From: an uncultured Spirochaetota bacterium
Lineage (GTDB): Bacteria; Spirochaetota; Spirochaetia; SZUA-6; Fen-1364
Length of the DNA: 64,000 nucleotides
Assembly (NCBI GenBank): GCA_963845535.1
Contig: CAWJSK010000014.1
Span: forward strand, 117,834 to 181,833
Direction of reading: 5' to 3'
The notes beneath the pieces are model-generated. The model worked only from the letters and a program-made list of their open reading frames with translations. It did no database searches and was not told the origin of the DNA. Position numbers and translations under genes: made by a program. Below, one piece after another: positions 1 to 9,724 of the stretch (position 1 is its first letter; the number at the start of each line of letters is the position of its first letter).

Positions 1-411
1 CAGGAGGATGGTGGCGCCCAGGATGTACAGGTACCACGTGAACAGGTTCAAGCGGGGGAAGGCCATGTCCTTCCCCCCGATCAGAATGGGCAGAAAGAAG
101 TTGCCGAAGATCGTCGGGATGGCCGGGATCACGACGAGGAATATCATTATGACACCGTGGAGCGTGAAGATCTGGTTGTAGCGCGTGCCGGTGAGGAACT
201 TGCTGTCCGGTGAGAGCATCTGGATGCGCATCAACACCCCGAGGATCACCGCAATGGAGAAAAAGCTGAGGATCGGGACAAGATACAGCGTGCCGATCCT
301 CTTGTGGTTGGTCGACGTGAGGAAGCCGCGCAGCCCCGCGCGCCTGCCTTCGTTGGTGTACCACGGGTAATGGGTATGCGGGTGTCCGTTGCCCCCGCCG
401 TGCTCGTCCAT
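1..411 (-). CDS. ctaD: Cytochrome c oxidase subunit I, N-terminal part (runs off window start)
   Basis: Own translation: MDEHGGG...STNHKRIGTLYL...YNQIFTLHGVIMIFLVVIPAIPTIFGNFFLPILIGGKDMAFPRLN, the heme-copper oxidase subunit I N-terminal motifs; AGGAGG RBS at 422-427. Not in the ORF track. Confidence 0.93.
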   Translation of the reverse strand, partial: MDEHGGGNGHPHTHYPWYTNEGRRAGLRGFLTSTNHKRIGTLYLVPILSFFSIAVILGVLMRIQMLSPDSKFLTGTRYNQIFTLHGVIMIFLVVIPAIPTIFGNFFLPILIGGKDMAFPRLNLFTWYLYILGATILL

Positions 412-429
412 CCTGTTACGACCTCCTGT

Positions 430-1227
430 CTATTTCCATCCCTGGGCCTGGATGTACTGGTAGATGTCTGCCGCATCCTGAGCGCTCAAGGTGTCCGCGG
501 CGAACGCGGGCATCTGCCCCGCTGAGCCGTTGGGCATGACCGGGTTCCTGACGAAGGAGACGAAGGTGTCTTCCGTCGCGAGCTGCTTGGCGCCCTTCAA
601 GGGCAGCTCAGGCACCACGACATTCGCGCCGCCGGGGTGGCATGCCGCGCAGTTCGCTGCAAAAAGCCGCGCCCCGAGCCGCACCGCCGATGGCGCCGCC
701 CGCGCGCCTGCCGGCGCGGACCCCGCTGCCGCTCCTCCCGCGCCGCCCGCGGTGGAGCCGGCGGGAGCAGCCGCTTCCGTGGCCGCCTGCGAGCCTGCCC
801 AGTTGCCGTAGACCAGCCGCGCGCCGAACCACCCCAGCCCCACCACGCCAACGACGGCGAGCGCGTAGATCACCATCATGGGCGCGCTTCTGACTTTGAG
901 CTCGGACCCCAGGATGATGCCCGCTCCCAGGAGAAGGAGCACGCAGCTTGCCAGGATCATCTTCGCCTTGATGGGCGGGATAAGCGCTCCCTTGAAGAAG
1001 TGCAGCCAGTCCATCACCCCGAAGAGGATGGTGGGGAACACGAAGATGAACGCGAGGATGGAGACGTGGCGCGCGGTCAGGAACAGGTTCTTCTTCTTGA
1101 AGATCACCGCCACGTAGAAAAAGCAGAACGCGCCGATGACAAGCCCGATGGGGATGTGCGTGATGGGAGCGTGGAGCGGGTCGGTGAAGCCGACCTTTGC
1201 CAGGAGCTGGTAGATGCCGTCGATCAT
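430..1227 (-). CDS. DUF2231-like membrane domain fused to class I (c6-like) cytochrome c
   Basis: PLHAPITHIPIG N-terminus with 4 TM segments, Ala/Gly linker, CAACH heme motif and distal MPAF ligand. Confidence 0.8.
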   Translation of the reverse strand: MIDGIYQLLAKVGFTDPLHAPITHIPIGLVIGAFCFFYVAVIFKKKNLFLTARHVSILAFIFVFPTILFGVMDWLHFFKGALIPPIKAKMILASCVLLLLGAGIILGSELKVRSAPMMVIYALAVVGVVGLGWFGARLVYGNWAGSQAATEAAAPAGSTAGGAGGAAAGSAPAGARAAPSAVRLGARLFAANCAACHPGGANVVVPELPLKGAKQLATEDTFVSFVRNPVMPNGSAGQMPAFAADTLSAQDAADIYQYIQAQGWK

Positions 1228-2096
1228 TTCGTGCCTCCTCCTATGCTGGAAAAATCGACATCGGCCAGGCCCCGTGCGGCTGCCTGTCCGAAGAGCTCCT
1301 TTGTAGCATGAGTAGCGGGAAGAGGCACGCCCAGCTCGTAGGCGGCGTCGGACACGAGCTGGAGGTCCTTGTGCATCAGGCGCAGGGGGAACTCGACCTC
1401 ATACCTGCCGGTGGCGAGCTTCTCACGCTTGGCCGCCATGAAAGGGGCCACCACGCCGCTGCCCACCAGCGAGTCCAGCAGCATCCCGCGGCTGAAGCCC
1501 AGCGCCTCTCCGAAAGCCAGGGCCTCGGAGAATGCCGCCATTGCATTCCCGAGGAGCATGTTGTTCACGAGCTTCAGCGAGCTGCCCATCCCCGTGGCGC
1601 CCACGTGCTTGATCGTCTTCCCCATCACGGAAAGAAGGGGCTTGCACTTCTCCAGGTCTTTTGCATCCCCCCCGACGAGGAACGTCAGCTCCGCCCTTTC
1701 AGCCGCGGGCAGGGATCCGACCGCCGGGGCGTCCAGGAACGACACCCCGCGGCGCGCCGCCTCAGCGCCCATCCGGCGGGAGGCAGCCGGGGTCACCGTG
1801 CTGCAGTCCACCCACACGGCGCCCCGAGGCATGGCATCCAGAAAGCCTTCAGGCCCCAAGGCAAGCGCCGCCACCGCATCAGGGTTGGCAAGCATGGTAA
1901 AGGAGATTTCCGCGTGACGCGCCGCTTCGGCAGGCGTCGAGGCGAGCCTGGCTCCTGCCTTCACGAGCCCCTGAGCTTTCCCGGGGGAACGATTCCATAC
2001 GACAAGCTCCTGGCCCGCTCGAAGGAGGTTGGCCGCCATCCGGCTTCCCATGATCCCCAGCCCAATGAAGGCGACTCTCATTCTTTCGTCTCCCAT
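1224..2096 (-). CDS. NAD(P)-dependent oxidoreductase, 3-hydroxyisobutyrate dehydrogenase family
   Basis: FIGLGIMGSRMA Rossmann motif, LDAPAVGS, KLVNN, MHKDL. Confidence 0.9.
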   Translation of the reverse strand: MGDERMRVAFIGLGIMGSRMAANLLRAGQELVVWNRSPGKAQGLVKAGARLASTPAEAARHAEISFTMLANPDAVAALALGPEGFLDAMPRGAVWVDCSTVTPAASRRMGAEAARRGVSFLDAPAVGSLPAAERAELTFLVGGDAKDLEKCKPLLSVMGKTIKHVGATGMGSSLKLVNNMLLGNAMAAFSEALAFGEALGFSRGMLLDSLVGSGVVAPFMAAKREKLATGRYEVEFPLRLMHKDLQLVSDAAYELGVPLPATHATKELFGQAAARGLADVDFSSIGGGTK

Positions 2097-2776
2097 GCAG
2101 CCACCGCCTGGCGGAGGGCCACGGCAGAAGGTGGATCAGAAAGCGACTCAGACTGCAGGACATCAGAGGGCTTGTCGATTTCTTTTCCATAGTATGCGGA
2201 GCTGGCGTCGAGATCCACGTCCAGGGAGACGCCCTGCAGGCTTACGCCCACGAAGATACCCCGCGTCCTGGAATAGCTGTAGATCTCAGCTTTCATGTCG
2301 GCGTCCGTGGCCGCGCCGGCGGACCTGCCCAGCGATCCGGCGGCAACGGAGGCATCCACCCCGAGGGTGTAGCGTCCGCGCAGCACTGCATCCAGGCTGC
2401 GGCGGGTGCGGAAGAACAGCAGGATGTCGGCGGATTGCACCCCCACCTGCCAGCCTACGCTGGCTCCCGACAAGGTCAGGAACAGGGGCCTGCTCCAGGA
2501 GCTGATCCCCTGGCGCACGACAAGGACCCCCCTGCCGTGCTGGCCTCCGATCACGAAGCCGACTTTCTGCACATCCGGGAAGATGGCGAGCGCGTACGTT
2601 ATTTTCATGAGTCGTTGAACAGCGTCGCGCTCGGGAACGGTCGTGATTGTCTTGAAAACGTCCAGGGAGTCCTGGACCTCGCGCGCCTGTGCGCGTTCCG
2701 CGAATGCAGGCACGGCTCCCAGCAGCGTCAGGAGCGCGCAGATAGCGAGCGGCGCGGAAGCGGGTCGACGGACCAT
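2078..2776 (-). CDS. SYLF/Ysc84 lipid-binding domain secreted protein
   Basis: Signal peptide, GFVIGGQHGRG, SVGWQVG, IYSYSRTRGIFVGVSLQG; start chosen at MVRRP. Confidence 0.85.
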   Translation of the reverse strand: MVRRPASAPLAICALLTLLGAVPAFAERAQAREVQDSLDVFKTITTVPERDAVQRLMKITYALAIFPDVQKVGFVIGGQHGRGVLVVRQGISSWSRPLFLTLSGASVGWQVGVQSADILLFFRTRRSLDAVLRGRYTLGVDASVAAGSLGRSAGAATDADMKAEIYSYSRTRGIFVGVSLQGVSLDVDLDASSAYYGKEIDKPSDVLQSESLSDPPSAVALRQAVAAWETKE

Positions 2777-2899
2777 GAACAGGTTCCTCCCGAAGGGCCA
2801 ACGGCTGCGGCTCGCACCCAACGGGCCGTGCGGCTGCCGCGTGAATGACTTCCTGTCCATATAGTACTTTGCCGATCCGCCTGTCGCATAGCCGGAAAT

Positions 2900-4153
2900 T
2901 TACGTTTCCATCAGCTCTTCATTCACTTCCTGAAGGAAAGAGTCTATCATCCGGCGGTCCTCCGGGCTCCCATACAGGTTCACGCTCAGTGTGAGCGTTC
3001 CCGCGAAGCCGCTCAGGGCGAGTTGGAAATGGGGTTTGAACTTGATGGACCCGCACAGGAAGGCGGATTGGATCGGGCTTCCCTTGAATGACAGCCGGTT
3101 CGAATCCAGCTCACCGATGTTCGTCATGCAGATGAGAGGCGCTTTGAGCGCTCGCTTCAGCAACCGTGATCCGAGGCGCTCGCCGCAAAGCAAGAATGGA
3201 AAGGACAGCTTCATCAGCCCACCGAGGCCGATTCGCCTCCCTTTCAGCCCGTCCATCACACTTTTCACCTTGAGAAGCGTTTCCTCGAACGGCTCCCCGT
3301 CCCGCTGCCGGATGCGCGTGATCACCATCGAAGAGAGGTTGCGAAGGGAGGTGAACTCCGTCTCGGGCGCGTACCTCCGCATGTCGACCATGATGGGAAT
3401 CTCCAGATGCTCGCGTGCGGAACGGCCGAGGCGGCGTGCAAGCACCCTGTAATACGCGGTGAGCGCCGCATCGTTGATCGTGGCGCCGCGCTCCCGGCAA
3501 AGCTCCCGAAGTCGTGAGACGTTCTTCTCATCCAGCGTCCGGGTCGCGATGAACGGCTTTGCTCCCGCCTGTTCCGCGAAAGGGAACACGAAGCTCCCCG
3601 ACCTGTTGACACTCCCGATCATCGAGTGGACCCTCGCCCGCAGGCTGAAAGCGCGCACGACATCACGAAAACTCCTGTCCCCCGTAACGATTTCGCGGGG
3701 GGTGAACGCCGGATTGTCGACGAGAGCCGAATAGGTTTCACTGAGAAGATAGAGGTAGCGTTTGAAGCCGGCGCCGTCCGCGATCATGTGGTTCATCGTT
3801 ATGGCAATGGCGCCGCTCGTGCCGCGCAGGAGCGCCACGCGGACTTGCGGGCCGACCTCCTCATTCAACCGGCACGTGGCTTGCGCATTGAATGAGCTTC
3901 CGTCTCCCGTTGCGGTGAACGCCCGCTTGCAATCCGCTTCCGCCAGGCTCTCCCACACTGGCCGTCCGGGCCGCGGGGCGTACCGGGTAGCGAGGATGGG
4001 GACGGCGTGGAGGGTCAGGGCGACCGCCCCGCGGAGCGTGGCCTCGTCCAACGCCGAAGAAAACCGCATGTGGCAGTGGACCTGGTGGTCGTTGAAGCCT
4101 TTGGCAGTGTACAAAAGCTGCATGCGGTCGAAAATCTGTACCGGGTATTCCAT
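2900..4153 (-). CDS. Stand-alone condensation-domain / CoA-dependent acyltransferase
   Basis: NHMIADG (HxxxDG) motif, IMVDMRRY, MTNIG. Confidence 0.75.
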   Translation of the reverse strand: MEYPVQIFDRMQLLYTAKGFNDHQVHCHMRFSSALDEATLRGAVALTLHAVPILATRYAPRPGRPVWESLAEADCKRAFTATGDGSSFNAQATCRLNEEVGPQVRVALLRGTSGAIAITMNHMIADGAGFKRYLYLLSETYSALVDNPAFTPREIVTGDRSFRDVVRAFSLRARVHSMIGSVNRSGSFVFPFAEQAGAKPFIATRTLDEKNVSRLRELCRERGATINDAALTAYYRVLARRLGRSAREHLEIPIMVDMRRYAPETEFTSLRNLSSMVITRIRQRDGEPFEETLLKVKSVMDGLKGRRIGLGGLMKLSFPFLLCGERLGSRLLKRALKAPLICMTNIGELDSNRLSFKGSPIQSAFLCGSIKFKPHFQLALSGFAGTLTLSVNLYGSPEDRRMIDSFLQEVNEELMET

Positions 4154-4229
4154 GGTGACCTCCCGGCCGCGGGATCTCATCCATCCGTCCCGCGCGCCTG
4201 CGCGAGCCTATGGCGTTTGGGGGTCAAAG

Positions 4230-4248
4230 TCAATACTGTTGGTATTGA
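4230..4248. promoter_or_regulatory. Putative TetR operator
   Basis: Inverted repeat TCAATAC-tgttg-GTATTGA between the divergent acyltransferase and tetR genes. Confidence 0.6.
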
Positions 4249-4276
4249 GTACCAAAGGTATCTGAATGGAGCGACT

Positions 4277-4930
4277 ATGGCAAAGACGGATCCGGCGCCG
4301 GCAGCGGCGCACCGACAACGGCGCGTGAAGCGCTCGGAAGTCCGACGACGGCTCCTTGACGCGGCGTACGGCGTCTTTGCGGAGCATGGCTACGAGGCCG
4401 CGAGCCTGGAGCGCGTCGCGGAGGCTGCCGGCTTCAGCAAGGGCGCCGTCTATTCGAACTTCGCGAACAAGGACGAGCTTTTCTTCGAGCTGGTAGCCGC
4501 GCGCATTGACGAACGCGTGGAGGCGGTACGGTCCGCCGAGGCCAGGCGAAGGGCCGGCAGTGGCTCCGCCGCCCATGATGCCGCCGCAATGGCGTTCCTG
4601 GCGGGAAAGGAGCTTCGCGTCCTGGGTGCCGCGGATCCGGACTGGCAGATGCTGTTCATCGAGTTCTGGCTTCGGTGCGCGCGGAGTGAGGAGCTGCGGG
4701 CCAGGCTCGCGGAGCGTCGCCGCGCAATGCGAGCAACCATTGCGCGCCTGATCGAGGCGGAAGGGGCAGCCTTGGGAGAGACCATCCGGCACGGGAGGGC
4801 CATGGACCTGGCCACCACCGTACTGGCTCTCTCCAACGGCCTCGGCATCGAGGGCCTGATCGACCCAAAGGCCGTCCGACCCGCACTCTTCGGTGAGGTG
4901 ATGGGGAGTCTGTTCGCGGCTGCCAGGTGA
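4277..4930 (+). CDS. TetR/AcrR family regulator
   Basis: LLDAAYGVFAEHGYEAASLERVAEAAGFSKGAVYSNFANKDELF HTH. Confidence 0.93.
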   Translation: MAKTDPAPAAAHRQRRVKRSEVRRRLLDAAYGVFAEHGYEAASLERVAEAAGFSKGAVYSNFANKDELFFELVAARIDERVEAVRSAEARRRAGSGSAAHDAAAMAFLAGKELRVLGAADPDWQMLFIEFWLRCARSEELRARLAERRRAMRATIARLIEAEGAALGETIRHGRAMDLATTVLALSNGLGIEGLIDPKAVRPALFGEVMGSLFAAAR

Positions 4931-4999
4931 GATCATCCGCGGGCAGGCACGTGTCAACTCGAAAGGCCGTATACCGATAATCTCAGCAGGGGGGCAAGC

Positions 5000-7162
5000 G
5001 TGACAGTCTTCGGCAGGAGGGTCTCTCCTGCAATCCTCGTCGTTTCCAGCGTGCTTGCGGCGGTGTGCGCCGCGACGTTCGCGTCCCTGGCTCTGGCAGC
5101 CGCCGGGGCCCTTTCCGCTTTGGGCGCGCCGGGACGGTTCCTCCTCGCCGGCTTCTCCTGGGCGGCTTTCTTTGTGCCGCTGTATCTCCTGTGCGGCGTG
5201 TTCCTTCTCACGGCCCGGGTTTTCCGGCGTCGCTCCGCGTTCCTCCTCATGTTCTCCATCATCCCGTTTCTCACGCTGAGCCTCCTGCTGCGCGTCCTCC
5301 AGAGTCCCTCGTCCTCACTGCCGCTGGTCCTCGTGGATTCCTTCGGGGTGTTTCCCGCCGCTCTCCTCCTGGTGCTTCTCCTGGCGCTGGAGATGATCTT
5401 TCTCCTCACCATGCCGTACGGAAGGATCCCGGACGCCCGCCGAAAGGCCCGCGCTCCGGTAAAAAAGCCACTTGCCTTGCCGCTGATTGTTCCTTCTGAT
5501 CCCCCGGCTGTGCTGGCGGCGCTGCTGCCCGCGGCGGAAGAGACGGTGGAGCCGCTTCCTCCGATTTCTGTAGAGGCTGTCGTCGCGGAGCCGCTCCCCC
5601 CAGAGCAGATCCCCGCCGAGGCAGCGCCGGTGCCGCAAGAGCCGCCGGTGCCTACCTTCCCGAAAAAACGCAGCCCTGAGCCCGTGGTCATCCCGTCCCC
5701 TCCTCGCGAGCAGGCGGAGCTGCCGTTTCCCCCTGAGAAGGCGGGCAAGGCCGCGTACGGCATCCCGGTGCATCACGTCTTGAAAAACAGGGAAGGGGAC
5801 CCCTACTGGATCATTGACGATGAAACCAAGCGCGCGGCGCACATCCTCACCGAGTCGCTTCGGGAGTTCAACATTGAAGCGGAGGTGACAGGGATCAGGA
5901 AAGGCCCCGTCATCACGCTGTTCGAAGTCCTTCCCGCGCCAGGGGTCCGCGTGTCGAAGATCGCGAACCTTGCTGACAATATCGCGCTTCGCCTTGCGGC
6001 GCCGAGCGTGCGCATCGTGGCCCCCATCCCCGGGCGGCATGCGGTGGGAATCGAGGTGCCGAACATGGTCCGCGCCATCGTCTCCTTCAAGGAGATGATT
6101 TCCCTGGACGTCATGCAGAAGTCTCCGTACGAAATCCCGCTGGCCCTCGGGAAGGACATCCTCGGAGAGGCGCAGGTGATCGACCTTGTGCAGACCCCGC
6201 ACCTCCTCATTGGGGGGGCAACGAACTCGGGCAAAAGCGTGCTGGTGAACTCGATCATCTGCTCCATCCTGTTCCGCAAGTCACCGGATGAAGTGCGGCT
6301 TTTCCTGATCGACCCCAAGATCGTGGAGCTGAAGCTCTACAACGGCTGTCCGCACCTCCTGACCCCCGTGATCACCGAGCCGAAGAAGGCATTCCAGGCG
6401 CTGCAGTACTGCATCTCGGAAATGGAAAGGCGCTACACGCTGCTGGACGCCCTGGGCGTTCGGGACATCCGCGCTTTCAACAAGAAGGCGAAAAAGGAAA
6501 AGGTGCAGCGCCTCCCGTATATCGTCATCGTCATCGATGAGTTTGCCGACCTCATGGCCACCACGGGCAAGGAGCTTGAGTCCACGCTGGCCCGGCTGGC
6601 GGCCATGGCGCGCGCCATCGGCATCCACATGGTGCTGGCAACGCAGCGGCCTTCCATTGACGTGATAACGGGCCTCATCAAGGCAAACATTCCCTCCCGC
6701 ATCGCCTTCATGGTCGCGAACAAGTTCGACTCACGGATCATCATCGATGGCGTTGGCGCGGAGAAGCTCCTCGGCAAAGGCGACATGCTTTTCTCCGCGG
6801 CGTGGAACCCGTTCCCCACGCGCATCCAGGGCGCGTATATCGATGACGAAGAGATCGACGCCGTCACCGAGTACGTGAAGAAGCTCGGTCCGCCCCAGTA
6901 CATCGAGGACGAGGTGTTCTTCGATGACGAAGAGACGGGGGATTTCGAGGGAGAGCCGGGCAACGATCCGCTGTACGAGCAGGCCATCGATATCGTGGTT
7001 GCTCAAGGCAGGGCATCGGCTTCCTACCTGCAGCGCCGCCTCAAGGTTGGATACAACAGGGCCGCGCGCCTGGTGGAGGAGATGGAGATGCGGGGGATCG
7101 TGGGGCCGGCGCAGGGCAGCAAGCCGCGGGAGATTCTGCATATTCCGAACAAGGGAGGCTGA
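5000..7162 (+). CDS. ftsK: DNA translocase FtsK
   Basis: N-terminal TMs, Pro-rich linker, PHLLIGGATNSGKS, IDEFADLM, LATQRPS, gamma domain LQRRLKVGYNRAARL. Confidence 0.95.
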   Translation: MTVFGRRVSPAILVVSSVLAAVCAATFASLALAAAGALSALGAPGRFLLAGFSWAAFFVPLYLLCGVFLLTARVFRRRSAFLLMFSIIPFLTLSLLLRVLQSPSSSLPLVLVDSFGVFPAALLLVLLLALEMIFLLTMPYGRIPDARRKARAPVKKPLALPLIVPSDPPAVLAALLPAAEETVEPLPPISVEAVVAEPLPPEQIPAEAAPVPQEPPVPTFPKKRSPEPVVIPSPPREQAELPFPPEKAGKAAYGIPVHHVLKNREGDPYWIIDDETKRAAHILTESLREFNIEAEVTGIRKGPVITLFEVLPAPGVRVSKIANLADNIALRLAAPSVRIVAPIPGRHAVGIEVPNMVRAIVSFKEMISLDVMQKSPYEIPLALGKDILGEAQVIDLVQTPHLLIGGATNSGKSVLVNSIICSILFRKSPDEVRLFLIDPKIVELKLYNGCPHLLTPVITEPKKAFQALQYCISEMERRYTLLDALGVRDIRAFNKKAKKEKVQRLPYIVIVIDEFADLMATTGKELESTLARLAAMARAIGIHMVLATQRPSIDVITGLIKANIPSRIAFMVANKFDSRIIIDGVGAEKLLGKGDMLFSAAWNPFPTRIQGAYIDDEEIDAVTEYVKKLGPPQYIEDEVFFDDEETGDFEGEPGNDPLYEQAIDIVVAQGRASASYLQRRLKVGYNRAARLVEEMEMRGIVGPAQGSKPREILHIPNKGG

Positions 7163-7223
7163 CCGCAGCGGCCGTGACGGCCCGCACCTTGCGTGCGCCG
7201 TCCGAAAGCCGTAGCATTGCGCC

Positions 7224-7568
7224 ATGGACCCGTACGCCGTCGTCAGCGAGGAACAGGTTCGCACGGCCCTCGCGGTGTTGAAGGAGCGCCTCACCGGTTT
7301 CCTTGGAGACTCGCTCGTCAAGCTGGCGCTCTACGGTTCACGCGCCCGCGGGGACCATGACCCGGACTCCGATGTGGACGTTGCCGTGATCGTGCGGGGC
7401 CTGGACCGCGACCTGAAGAAACGGATTTACGAAATGGTTGCCGAGATCGAGGTGGATCGGCTTGTTGCGCTTTCGACGCTCGTTCTATCCGAGTCAGACT
7501 ATCAGAGCTTGCTCGCACGCGAGCGGCGCATTGCTCTGGATATAGAGGAGGAGGGAATCCCTCTATGA
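7224..7568 (+). CDS. Minimal nucleotidyltransferase (MNT), putative antitoxin
   Basis: GSRARGDHDPDSDVD = GSX10DXD; 114 aa; overlaps the HEPN gene by 4 nt. Confidence 0.88.
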   Translation: MDPYAVVSEEQVRTALAVLKERLTGFLGDSLVKLALYGSRARGDHDPDSDVDVAVIVRGLDRDLKKRIYEMVAEIEVDRLVALSTLVLSESDYQSLLARERRIALDIEEEGIPL

Positions 7569-7972
7569 CGAAAGCGAACAAGGAAACGGCGGTAGCGGAG
7601 GAACTGCAAAGGGCCAATCAAGCGCTCACCGCCTTCGAGTTGCTCGTCAGAGGCGGGGTTCTTTCAGATGCCGTCTCACGCCTTTACTACTGCCTGCTTC
7701 ATCGCGTCAAAGCGCTCCTCCTGACTGAGGGGCTCGAGCCAAAGAGCCATGAAGGCGCGCTTCACCTGCTCTCCCAGCACTTCGTGAAGCCTGGACACCT
7801 TGAGCCCGCGGCAACGCAATTTTTCGCCCAGTTGATGAAGTACCGCGAGGAGGCTGACTACAGCCCATCTTTCACTTTTGCCGAAAGCGACGTCACCGGT
7901 CTGCGTGACGGGGTTAACAGCCTCTCTGCAAAGTTGCTCGATCTCATTCGCGCAGCGGGATTCCAAGCATAG
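7565..7972 (+). CDS. HEPN domain protein (UPF0332-like)
   Basis: AVSRLYY, PKSHEG, REEADY motifs; coupled to MNT. Confidence 0.85.
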   Translation: MTKANKETAVAEELQRANQALTAFELLVRGGVLSDAVSRLYYCLLHRVKALLLTEGLEPKSHEGALHLLSQHFVKPGHLEPAATQFFAQLMKYREEADYSPSFTFAESDVTGLRDGVNSLSAKLLDLIRAAGFQA

Positions 7973-8063
7973 ATCGTAGTCTATAATCCCATTTCCTTGT
8001 TCGCGCCGCGGGCGTCCCCGAACGAAATATCCGCGCCTTCTCCAACCGGGAGTTATCGGTCGG

Positions 8064-8780
8064 CTATAGCTCCTGCCGCTGGGCAACCACCACCCTGTTC
8101 CGTCCCTTCCTCTTGGCTTCCAGGAGCGCCTGGTCCGCCGCCCTGATGGCTCCTTCGGAGTCATCTCCGCGCTCTTCCGCAATGCCAATGCTGATGGTGA
8201 CGCGGATGGGGTGGCCGCCCACGTCGAACGTCGCTCCCTCGATGATGGACCTCAGTTTTTCCGCCGCCGCTTCGGCCCCCGCGGCCTCCGTTTCCGGCAG
8301 AAGAGCCAGGAACTCCTCTCCGCCCCAGCGGACCTTGAGGTCTTCGGAGCGCAGAGCAGAGGCAAACGTTCGGGCCGTTTCCTGCAGGACCTTGTCCCCG
8401 ATATCGTGGCCGTGGCGATCGTTCACATCCTTGAAGCTGTCGATGTCCGCCATGAGGATGCACAGCGGCCGCCGGTGCCGGCGGGACCGCGACAGCTCCG
8501 CTTCTATCCTGTCGAAGAACGCGCGCCGGTTCATGAGCCCCGTGAGGAAGTCCGTGCGCATTGCCTCATCCAGCACCTCGTTGAGCTCCTTGAGCCTGAG
8601 CTGGTAGCTGTCACTGATGTGGACCGTCTTCATGAACGTCCGAACCATGTGCGCGTACCGGTCCGCAAGCTCGCGGTAGGGCTCCAGGAGCGGGTTGCCG
8701 GCGAACGCGGGGTCGGTGAGGACCTCCCGCGTGCGCTCCAGGAAAGGGTCAGGGGCGGGGGAATTGTTCTTACGGCTCAC
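8064..8780 (-). CDS. siaD: SiaD-like diguanylate cyclase
   Basis: N-terminal helix (HISDSYQ) plus GGDEF domain with RWGGEEF and an RSED I-site; last gene of the sia-like operon. Confidence 0.8.
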   Translation of the reverse strand: MSRKNNSPAPDPFLERTREVLTDPAFAGNPLLEPYRELADRYAHMVRTFMKTVHISDSYQLRLKELNEVLDEAMRTDFLTGLMNRRAFFDRIEAELSRSRRHRRPLCILMADIDSFKDVNDRHGHDIGDKVLQETARTFASALRSEDLKVRWGGEEFLALLPETEAAGAEAAAEKLRSIIEGATFDVGGHPIRVTISIGIAEERGDDSEGAIRAADQALLEAKRKGRNRVVVAQRQEL

Positions 8781-9163
8781 GGGGCCGATCCCTCCAGGCG
8801 GATTTCGAACGGAAGCGTGACATCCTCACGGAACTCCTCCGCCGCCTCGCGGGCGCGGTCGTTCTCCTTGTCGCAATACCAGGTCACGCCCACGGCCCTC
8901 CCGATCTTGTAGGCGTTTTCCAGCAGGTCGAGGAGGTCGATGACGCACTTGGTGCTGCTCGTATTGAGGTAGCTGAGGCGAATCTCGAGCGTCAGGGGGT
9001 CCGGGCGTTCCCGGAGAAACTGCCGGGCCCAGTCATTGATGGGAGTGAAGAAGTCGAACGCGTTCTGCGGGTAGGATTCTCCGGACAGCTCCATGCGTCC
9101 GCGGCTGGCGTCCAGCCGGACCGTGGGCGAAGAGACGCTGCCTGCAATGGTCAGGTCGTTCAT
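8777..9163 (-). CDS. siaC: SiaC family regulatory phosphoprotein (DUF1987)
   Basis: GESYPQNAFDFF and YLNTSSTK (phospho-Thr motif), VTWY. Confidence 0.85.
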   Translation of the reverse strand: MNDLTIAGSVSSPTVRLDASRGRMELSGESYPQNAFDFFTPINDWARQFLRERPDPLTLEIRLSYLNTSSTKCVIDLLDLLENAYKIGRAVGVTWYCDKENDRAREAAEEFREDVTLPFEIRLEGSAP

Positions 9164-9176
9164 GATCGGCGCTTCC

Positions 9177-9722
9177 TCATATGATGACCGACAGGCTGAA
9201 GAACCGGTACGTGTCGTCGATTTCGCGAAAGCCCCAGGAAAGCGGCCGCGTGGCGCGCCGGGCAACGTCGATCAGGCCCAGTCCGGCTCCTCCCTCCGCA
9301 GGACGAGGCGCGCGCAGCTTCTCCTTGTACAGCGCCTTGAGCCCCGGCTTGTCCATGGCCTTGAGCCCTTCCAGGCGTGATGAAAGAGCACCGACGTCGG
9401 ACTGATCCACCATGTTGCCGGCGCTGACGGCGTACCCTTCACCGTGCCTGCCAATGGCGAGCGTCCCGGCGTCCAGGCCGGCCTCGCCGCCGCCCTTCAG
9501 CCGATGCGTGTACGACTGCATGTTCTGGGCCAGCTCGACGAAAACGGCGAACACGTCGGACACGGCGGAACGGGAGGCGGTCTCCGTCTCGAGGTACCGC
9601 TTCACGGCGACCCCGATCTCCTCGATGATGCTGTGGGAGAACGGGCCGTTGAAGCAGATGAGGACTTCGCCGTCCATGAAGCTCTTGCGAAGGCTGTAAA
9701 GGTCCAGAGCCGACTTTTCCAT
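9177..9722 (-). CDS. siaB: SiaB family protein kinase
   Basis: FNGPFSHSII, VFVELAQN, GAGLGLIDVAR. Confidence 0.85.
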   Translation of the reverse strand: MEKSALDLYSLRKSFMDGEVLICFNGPFSHSIIEEIGVAVKRYLETETASRSAVSDVFAVFVELAQNMQSYTHRLKGGGEAGLDAGTLAIGRHGEGYAVSAGNMVDQSDVGALSSRLEGLKAMDKPGLKALYKEKLRAPRPAEGGAGLGLIDVARRATRPLSWGFREIDDTYRFFSLSVII

Positions 9723-9724
9723 TC

